From positions 160,001-224,000 of the forward strand of contig CAWVRN010000002.1 in assembly GCA_963932905.1 (NCBI GenBank): a stretch of DNA of 64,000 nt, given 5' to 3'. The position numbers and the translations under genes are program-made. The notes below the pieces were generated by a model. The model made no database searches, had not been told where the DNA came from, and saw only the letters and a list, made by a program, of their open reading frames with translations. Position 1 is the first letter of the stretch. Each line of letters starts with the position of its first letter. Origin of the DNA: an uncultured Bdellovibrio sp. (GTDB taxonomy: Bacteria > Bdellovibrionota > Bdellovibrionia > Bdellovibrionales > Bdellovibrionaceae). Positions 57,307 to 64,000 of the stretch are shown one piece after another.

Positions 57307-57321
57307 TTCTCAGATTGAGAT
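57307..57321. promoter_or_regulatory. palindromic motif GTCTCA-N3-TGAGAC copy
   Basis: TTCTCA-GAT-TGAGAT. Confidence 0.5.
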
Positions 57322-57352
57322 AGGGCCGTTGGTTTGCATCGATTTAGTTTAA

Positions 57353-58051
57353 ATGAATTGGTTTCACGTACTGTTGGCTTTATTACTGCTTTCTTTAAAC
57401 GGTTACGCCAACAATAGGGTTAGTTTATCGGAATATCTGCGTAAATATAGTATTGCCGACCTTCGTCCTACGCAGGCTGCCGTTGGTTTTCGTGAAGTAA
57501 AACGGAAAAAGAACAAAATCGAAAATCTTAAATCACATAAAAATCTGCAAGAGTATTTTGAAGGTAATTCGGTGCCGGTAGTTTTGGGGCCAAATGATCA
57601 AGTCTATATGATTGATCATCATCATTTTACCCTAGCGGCTAGCCGGGCTGGGTATAACGAAGTCTATATTCACATAATTGCCGATTTATCTGCGCTCAAC
57701 ATTCAGCAATTTTGGAAAGAAATGAAATCGAGAGCCTGGGTTTATTTGAAAATTAAAGGTCGCACCATTAGTGAATATATGCTGCCACGATATATTACGG
57801 GATTGGTGGATGACCCGTATCGTGCTTTAGCCGGGAAAGTTCTTCAAAAAGACGGCTTCAAAAAAACGGAAACTCCGTTCGCAGAATTTGAATGGGCTGA
57901 TTTTTTTCGCACGCGTATTTCTTCAGAGTTAGTTGATAAGGACTATACCAGAGCCGTTGAGGTTGCTTTGAAACTTGCAAAGACCGATGCCGCAAAGAAA
58001 CTACCGGGATATAACGGTAACGCGCTTTGCATCGAAGTCTATGCTCAATAA
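57353..58051 (+). CDS. ParB-like (ParBc_2-type) protein with signal peptide
   Basis: LRPTQ.AVG..EV, PVVLGP, IDHHH, DDPYR, PF.EF.WADF.R, LPG. Confidence 0.85.
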   Translation: MNWFHVLLALLLLSLNGYANNRVSLSEYLRKYSIADLRPTQAAVGFREVKRKKNKIENLKSHKNLQEYFEGNSVPVVLGPNDQVYMIDHHHFTLAASRAGYNEVYIHIIADLSALNIQQFWKEMKSRAWVYLKIKGRTISEYMLPRYITGLVDDPYRALAGKVLQKDGFKKTETPFAEFEWADFFRTRISSELVDKDYTRAVEVALKLAKTDAAKKLPGYNGNALCIEVYAQ

Positions 58052-58126
58052 AAACATAACGTAAAATAGGTATTGAACTGCCATACGACTGTTGAATTTA
58101 AGCCCAAGTTCAAGAATACTTATTGA

Positions 58127-59350
58127 ATGACAAACACCGCGACTACATCAAAAAAATCTATTTATTTTATATTTGCTACGATCATGCTGGATATGATCGG
58201 TATTGGTTTAATCATGCCGGTATTGCCAGACGTAATTAGACGTTTTATTTCTGATCCTGGTCAGGTCACTGAAAATTTTGGATATTTTATCGCAATTTAC
58301 GCAGTCATGCAGTTTGTGGCATCACCTATATTAGGTGGCTTATCTGATCAGTTCGGTCGTCGTCCAATTTTACTTGGTTCTTTGTTGGGTGCCGGTATCG
58401 ATTATATTTTTATGGCTTTAGCGCCGTCGCTGAATTTACTTTTCTTGGGCCGTATTATCGCAGGGCTGACTGGCGCTAGCATGACGGTGGCTAATTCTTA
58501 CATTGCGGATATTTCGGACGATAGTAATCGTTCGTCTAATTTTGGAATGATTGGAGCTGCTTTTGGGATTGGATTTATTGCCGGTCCAATCATAGGTGGT
58601 TTGCTGGGACACTTTGGTCCGCAAATGCCGTTCTACGGTGCTGCCGTATTAAATATTTTAAATTTCTTATTTGGGTTATTTATTTTACCCGAATCTTTGA
58701 AAAAGGAAAATCGGCGAGTTGTTAACTGGAAAAAACTAAATCCGTTCACGACGATCGTTAACACGATGAAAATTCCGGCCATGAGTTTGTTTGTATTAAC
58801 ATACGCATTGTTGTTCCTTGCTGGTAACGTGCATCCAAGCGTTTGGACACTGTACACAGAATCTAAATTTGGTTGGAACTCAATCCAAGTAGGCATTTCG
58901 CTTAGCTTCGTTGGATTAATTTACGGAATGAGCCAGTCGTTGTTAACCTCAAAATTAGTTCCGAAGTGGGGCGAACAAAAATCACTGGTCATCGGAATTT
59001 TCTTTAATGCGTTTGGATTTTTGTTATATGGAATCGCGCCATTTGGTTGGATGATGTATGGGATTATGGTGCTGTCGGCACTACAGGGACTATCGATGCC
59101 GTGTTTGCAATCGATTATGACCAAAAAAGTAGACGTTCGCTATCAGGGAGAATTACAAGGTGGACTGGTTTCTGTTGGCAGTCTCACATCGATTTTAGCG
59201 CCGCTGATTTATACAAATACCTTCAATTGGGGATCCCAATCGGGCGAAATGATGTTGTTAGGTGCGCCTTATTTTGTGGCCACGTTGTTCGGATTGCTCG
59301 CTCTATTTTTGGTTCAAAAAAGCTTGGGAAATAGGCCAGCACAAGTCTAG
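58127..59350 (+). CDS. TetA/TCR family MFS efflux transporter
   Basis: LD.IGIGLIMPVLP, motif A G.LSDQFGRRP, GRIIAG.TGA, QGELQG. Confidence 0.92.
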   Translation: MTNTATTSKKSIYFIFATIMLDMIGIGLIMPVLPDVIRRFISDPGQVTENFGYFIAIYAVMQFVASPILGGLSDQFGRRPILLGSLLGAGIDYIFMALAPSLNLLFLGRIIAGLTGASMTVANSYIADISDDSNRSSNFGMIGAAFGIGFIAGPIIGGLLGHFGPQMPFYGAAVLNILNFLFGLFILPESLKKENRRVVNWKKLNPFTTIVNTMKIPAMSLFVLTYALLFLAGNVHPSVWTLYTESKFGWNSIQVGISLSFVGLIYGMSQSLLTSKLVPKWGEQKSLVIGIFFNAFGFLLYGIAPFGWMMYGIMVLSALQGLSMPCLQSIMTKKVDVRYQGELQGGLVSVGSLTSILAPLIYTNTFNWGSQSGEMMLLGAPYFVATLFGLLALFLVQKSLGNRPAQV

Positions 59351-59517
59351 TTGCGTGGATCATTCCGTCGAGCTTATTGACGGTGACTGTCTGTGACTCA
59401 ATGTAAATCGTTTAGCTAGGCTTGTGTGGTTATATCAAATAGGACTTACTTCAGATTGGAACGGTTATCGCTAGATAAACTCTGGAAATATCAGTCTCGT
59501 TTGAATAGAGGAAGTCA

Positions 59518-61635
59518 ATGCCACAGGCTACGGACCAGCGTCAAAGATTCTTGTCAATCTCAATGTCTATTTTACTGGTCATTTCGCTTCTCGTTTCAGT
59601 TGTCCCTTCGACATCTACGGCTGTCGCTTCAAGCCAACATTGTTCACAATTTTATCGCGGCTTTAAAACAGATGTGTTGTTCGGGATTTCCCCGACAGCT
59701 GGAGTTTATACATCTAGAGCATCCGACTTTGTTTCTGTGAAGAAGGCCATTGAACGTGTGAACGAAGCGGTCAGTTTATCACATAAAAGCCATAAAAAAG
59801 TGTCCATGGCTAATAGTCGAAATTTATTTGTTCTTAGCGAGCAATGGGAACCATTAGCAAGTTCTTTCGCAGCTTATGAAAACGCAAGATTTGTTGTTGC
59901 CGATAAAATGATCGACGCACCCACTGGCACTGTCTTGTACAAAAATGTTCAGTTCGGCTACAAAGGTGTGCAAAAGACGGGACCCTATTTAGATAAATTA
60001 AAAAAATCGGGATTTAAAAATTATGGGACATTGACCTATATTTTGGCAGACGCAATGTCTGGAAAAATATTAGAGGTTGGCGGAATTCATAAGGATCTTT
60101 TGGCCGAATTTAGGTTGCATTTACTAGGACGTGAAGTTCAAGAAAAAGAACTACGACGTTATTCAGAAGTTTATAAGATGATGATCGAGCATTTCCAGCG
60201 ACAGGCAGACGGTCGCGTTGTACTTGCCGAATTTAATAGAAAACGAGGATGGCCAGAAGGATTTGCAGAAAATGCCGGGCTTTTCTACTTAGAAAATGTT
60301 CAGGCTCTAATTGCGTGGGCTCGACAAAACCAAGTAACTCAAGAAGAACTAGTGCGAATGGGTGTTGTTCGTCGTAACTATACCCAGTTAGGAACTCGAA
60401 ACGAGTATTCGATGATATGTTCCCATTCGATAATGATCCCATATTTTTCTCCAAAAGGCGATGTGGTCAAACTTAAAGCGCGACAACTAAAAAAGACTAC
60501 GACAGGTAAAAAGTATCTCGATTTTTCAGAAGATAAAACCATCACCAATGGTAATCAGTTACATCGACGTTTATTTAATTCGGCTGTGTTAAATCATATC
60601 CAAGGCAAACCAGTTATTATTACCGAAGGCGAAATTAAAAGCCTGGTGGCCACACGAATTGGTAAAATTGATACTGTGGCTATTCCTGGAATCAGCCAAT
60701 TTGAAGACGACATGGCTCATGCGCTTGTTGCGGCCAAAGCGTCAGAATATATTGTTGTTTTAGATCGTGATCCTGAAGGTAAAGCATTGATGAATTTGGA
60801 TCATTTGACGGACAGCCAGCGTGCTGCCTACGTTATTGCTGCAAAATTAGAAGAAGCTGGAGCTCCTGTGGTTAAAGTCGGCATAATCCCGGATTCACAA
60901 GGGACTGGTAGTAAAATAGGCCTTGATGATATGATATTACAACACGGCCCTGACAGTGTAAAAGATCTTGTCAAAAATGCTAAGCCACTAAAAGCATATG
61001 CTGAAGCTATTCACGCAGATCAACAAATTGCCGAGAATATAGGGATACAAACGATATTGACTCAAGCTCTACGTGTTGGACATTTAGCAATGAAAAATGG
61101 GTTGGCTTCTGTTGATGCCAATGATGTTCGGATGTTAGAAAAATTTAGATCTCAAGTACTTGCTGATTTTGAAAATCATTTGGCGACTAATTATCCGGGT
61201 TCTCGAAATCTAAGACAACCTACTTATGGATATAAATTTATTCCACCTCAAACAGATCAAATGCCTAATCCAAGAAAATTCAAAGCTCAAGGGGGCGATC
61301 CCGAATTAAGTTTCGGTCGAAAAGACTTTCTGAATGCCATTCTACTGTTTGAAGTTGTCGATTCAAAATCAAGTTTGATAGATAACGACCTGATTGTTGC
61401 GACCAACCAAAAGACACGAGAGCAATTGAAGGTGATTTTTCCAAATGACGAATATGGATTTGCAGAAAATGTCACGATTAGTAAGTCTTTCGGTGGGGCG
61501 ATGGAGACTATTCAGGTTCCTCTGCTGATCTATCGATTGGAATCCCATAAAGTTGTGGCTCTGGCTCGTCCCTCAGAGCTGACCAAACAAGAAGAAAGTG
61601 ACTGGGATTCTGATTTGTTGGCCATGGTCCGTTAA
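59518..61635 (+). CDS. DnaG-type TOPRIM primase-core protein with apparent N-terminal export signal
   Basis: KRG..G, IMIPY....G.VV..KAR, KYL, LFN, VIITEGEIK, VAIPG, VLDRD, KIGLDD; hydrophobic N-terminus ending AVA. Confidence 0.8.
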   Translation: MPQATDQRQRFLSISMSILLVISLLVSVVPSTSTAVASSQHCSQFYRGFKTDVLFGISPTAGVYTSRASDFVSVKKAIERVNEAVSLSHKSHKKVSMANSRNLFVLSEQWEPLASSFAAYENARFVVADKMIDAPTGTVLYKNVQFGYKGVQKTGPYLDKLKKSGFKNYGTLTYILADAMSGKILEVGGIHKDLLAEFRLHLLGREVQEKELRRYSEVYKMMIEHFQRQADGRVVLAEFNRKRGWPEGFAENAGLFYLENVQALIAWARQNQVTQEELVRMGVVRRNYTQLGTRNEYSMICSHSIMIPYFSPKGDVVKLKARQLKKTTTGKKYLDFSEDKTITNGNQLHRRLFNSAVLNHIQGKPVIITEGEIKSLVATRIGKIDTVAIPGISQFEDDMAHALVAAKASEYIVVLDRDPEGKALMNLDHLTDSQRAAYVIAAKLEEAGAPVVKVGIIPDSQGTGSKIGLDDMILQHGPDSVKDLVKNAKPLKAYAEAIHADQQIAENIGIQTILTQALRVGHLAMKNGLASVDANDVRMLEKFRSQVLADFENHLATNYPGSRNLRQPTYGYKFIPPQTDQMPNPRKFKAQGGDPELSFGRKDFLNAILLFEVVDSKSSLIDNDLIVATNQKTREQLKVIFPNDEYGFAENVTISKSFGGAMETIQVPLLIYRLESHKVVALARPSELTKQEESDWDSDLLAMVR

Positions 61636-61787
61636 GGACATAGCCTTGGCCAGGTATTGCGTCAAAAGATGGCCAAGTTTTATTAGTAATTCGCAAAAAA
61701 TCCCGAACGCCTATGGTTATAACTAAACAGTTTTGACATTAGTATTTTAGCTCTAATATGATCACTCTATCTAAATAGGGGTGTGTG

Positions 61788-64000
61788 ATGAAATTATTGG
61801 TGGGGTTATTTCTATTAACAATGAATGTCTTTGCATTAGATTCACGGACTAAGCCGCCGGCAGAAAAGCCACCGGCAGATCGTTCTGCTGATGTAAACCG
61901 AGTGAATGTATTCGCAAATAAGAATTCGCTAGATCAAGTCCTTGGAGATCAAAAATTCCAAGAACGATTTGCCGCCATCACCGGTCCTTTAGAACAGCAA
62001 TGGCCAGCCATCACAACGGATTTGAAAAGTCGCTTCAGTCGTGAAATTGACCGCTACAATTTTTCAACTGTGTTTGGTCTTCAAGGAAATAAACTAAAAA
62101 TTCTGGGCGGTAATGTCGCCGAGATCGAAACAAATATTAAAAACTTTCAAATTTCTGCAGACGCATACTACCGCTTAGAATTAAAACCTTCGTTCCGTGA
62201 AGGTAAACAAATGCGTAAAGATATCTATGTGATTGGTTTGAAAGGATCGAGCACGATTTCGATCGGTTCTGAAGTCAGAATTACTTTCTTCCGTGAATTT
62301 GATTCAAAAGCCGATGCCTTATCAAATTTAAAACCGTACGGTTTGGACCGTATACCTAAAAGTTCGGCAGATTTAATTAAGAAAATTAATATCGATGACG
62401 GTGTTCGCGTAGAAGTAATGGGAAATTTAGAAATTTCGAAAGAGTTTAATAAAATCGCGAATAGTTCAAACTTGTCGGCGATCTTGGGTTACGACTTGTT
62501 TCAAGGCCTATTCACGGCCGATATCTATCGCTACACGGAAACTGATGTACGTGCGCGTTTCATGGGAACGATCAATCGGGGTACAGTGAAAGCAAAAGCG
62601 GGTTTGAACTGGCTGTATAGCTTTAAAGGAGCGAAGATTTTACCACGATGGTTAAAAGAGTTATTTGAAGTGAATTTAGATGTTAATATTTCTAAGTCGT
62701 TTAACTTTTTCGATAGGTATCCTATCGAAACTCACGTTGCTGATTACTATTTTAGATTTAACAATATGACGTTGATACAAGCTTCAGTTCCACCGGGTTG
62801 TAACTTTCAAGTTCCAACGGGTATTGCCTCTATTGATAGCGCAGGATTAAGCCCTGAGGCGGCGTTTGACGAAGTTCTTCATAATGTTCGTAGTGGTAAA
62901 TTCATGGCTGTCTTTAATCCTAATCTCGAAGAGTCTGCATTGTCAGCCTCTTTCCTAAGAAATGCCTCTCGAGCGGAAACCATAGCCTGTGTGGATGCCT
63001 CGTTGCCAAATTATAAAAAACGCGTACAGCATTTTTTCAAGGGCCGCATGTTGTCTGATGTGTTCTCTTTGAACTTTGGTCCTAAGATCAGTCATTTGCT
63101 ACGTAGTACTCAAACAGAAGGAAATTCTGAAGTGTATGTGGCCTCACTAGAAAGAGGACAAGAATTTAACTACTACATTTTGCTAAATACCGCGACGAAG
63201 ACTGAAAATTCGTTTTTATTTGGCCGGTGGGAAAACGAATACGAATCAGATTTGGATGCTTTATATCAATCGGACAAGGAAAAAAATATTCGTGGGTTTT
63301 TGGATTTCGTAAAGCGTATTCAGTACCGTGACAAAGTAATGTCGACGTCTAAATTAAGTGAAATCCGCGACATCCTAGCAAGATCAATCCCGACGAATTT
63401 TCCAGATAGAAATAAATTGTTGGATTTGGTTCCAAAAACAGAACAACGTGATGCGTGGATTTCTTTTGTCTACACATTGTCTAGTCGGGTTATTTTTGAA
63501 TTAGAAAAAATGGACAAATTGGTTTTGTACACGAAGTTAGCTAACTTCGTTGCAAATCACCCAGAAAGAAATCGGATGGGTTTGCCATCCGATAATAACG
63601 AGGGTGGTGAAATGAATCAGACTGAATATATCAATGAGTTATACTATCGCTTGGTGAAATTAACGGATTCGACTCAAAATTCAAAAGATCGTTTTCGAGC
63701 GTTAGAACAATTGATGAAAGACCGGATTTTCACTGAATATATATTCCGAGAATTCTTTCCATCATTGATTACGTCAGATATCGCCAATAATGAAATGAGT
63801 GTGGCAATGAGTGTAACCTCAAAAGATATCACTTTGGCTGAAGATCGTATCGGTAACAACCAATACTCCCAAGTCTACAGTGCTGTTCTGCTACTACGAT
63901 CGATCCTAAATGATAGATCACTAGATATCCGTTTAGAAAGCGCCACTGCGGCGGATCCGTCGGCGGACGCTGTATCTGGTCCTAATTCCTCGAACCCAGT
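61788..64000 (+). CDS. large secreted hypothetical protein, runs off the window end (not in ORF track)
   Basis: AGGGG RBS; MKLLVGLFLLTMNVFA signal; I translated only the first ~220 codons and the last codons and saw no stop; absence from the track fits an ORF open to the window end (>730 codons). Confidence 0.8.
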   Translation, partial: MKLLVGLFLLTMNVFALDSRTKPPAEKPPADRSADVNRVNVFANKNSLDQVLGDQKFQERFAAITGPLEQQWPAITTDLKSRFSREIDRYNFSTVFGLQGNKLKILGGNVAEIETNIKNFQISADAYYRLELKPSFREGKQMRKDIYVIGLKGSSTISIGSEVRITFFREFDSKADALSNLKPYGLDRIPKSSADLIKKINIDDGVRVEVMGNLEISKEFNKIANSSNLSAILGYDLFQGLFTADIYRYTETDVRARFMGTINRGTVKAKAGLNWLYSFKGAKILPRWLKELFEVNLDVNISKSFNFFDRYPIETHVADYYFRFNNMTLIQASVPPGCNFQVPTGIASIDSAGLSPEAAFDEVLHNVRSGKFMAVFNPNLEESALSASFLRNASRAETIACVDASLPNYKKRVQHFFKGRMLSDVFSLNFGPKISHLLRSTQTEGNSEVYVASLERGQEFNYYILLNTATKTENSFLFGRWENEYESDLDALYQSDKEKNIRGFLDFVKRIQYRDKVMSTSKLSEIRDILARSIPTNFPDRNKLLDLVPKTEQRDAWISFVYTLSSRVIFELEKMDKLVLYTKLANFVANHPERNRMGLPSDNNEGGEMNQTEYINELYYRLVKLTDSTQNSKDRFRALEQLMKDRIFTEYIFREFFPSLITSDIANNEMSVAMSVTSKDITLAEDRIGNNQYSQVYSAVLLLRSILNDRSLDIRLESATAADPSADAVSGPNSSNP

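Noticed and set aside
58127..59350. Acquired tetracycline resistance determinant
   Set aside because: It is a TetA-family MFS, but there is no tetR or mobile element and its composition matches the host; substrate unknown.
59518..61635. Housekeeping dnaG or a prophage/plasmid replication module
   Set aside because: No CHC2 zinc finger, no rpsU/rpoD context, and no helicase, integrase or phage genes in the window.
383..63859. Numerous short ORFs in the track antisense to or nested in real genes (e.g. 383-643, 4736-5044, 5545-5901, 18273-18662, 41479-41739, 50401-50763, 59426-59740, 63674-63859)
   Set aside because: Shadow ORFs overlapping well-supported CDSs or regulatory DNA, without RBS or recognisable motifs.

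Overview
AT-rich bacterial chromosomal segment. Its gene content points to a predatory Bdellovibrionota member (Bdellovibrio/Pseudobdellovibrio-like); this is inferred from the Tad genes, dacB plus lytic transglycosylase, LspA-HAMP fusion, pal-cpoB, motAB, the RCC1 kinase and many short secreted hypotheticals. It carries a split Tad/Flp pilus locus enclosing a large secreted Gly-rich protein, folate and nucleotide-salvage genes (folD, folA, thyA, hpt, upp), a fragmented dcw cluster (rsmH-ftsL-ftsI, then murE-murF), envelope genes, RNA/protein modification enzymes and motAB. I saw no rRNA, tRNA, CRISPR array or transposase. Most notable: (1) a DnaG-type primase core and a ParB-like protein that both carry apparent export signals and a terminal C-x-x-hydrophobic-aromatic tag, as candidate prey-directed effectors; (2) a 15-bp palindrome GTCTCA-N3-TGAGAC recurring in intergenic DNA; (3) the Gly-rich protein and an unannotated 34-aa pilin-like peptide in the Tad locus; (4) a structured inverted-repeat element downstream of hpt; (5) many apparently leaderless promoters. 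All calls come from reading motifs by eye; no database searches were run.
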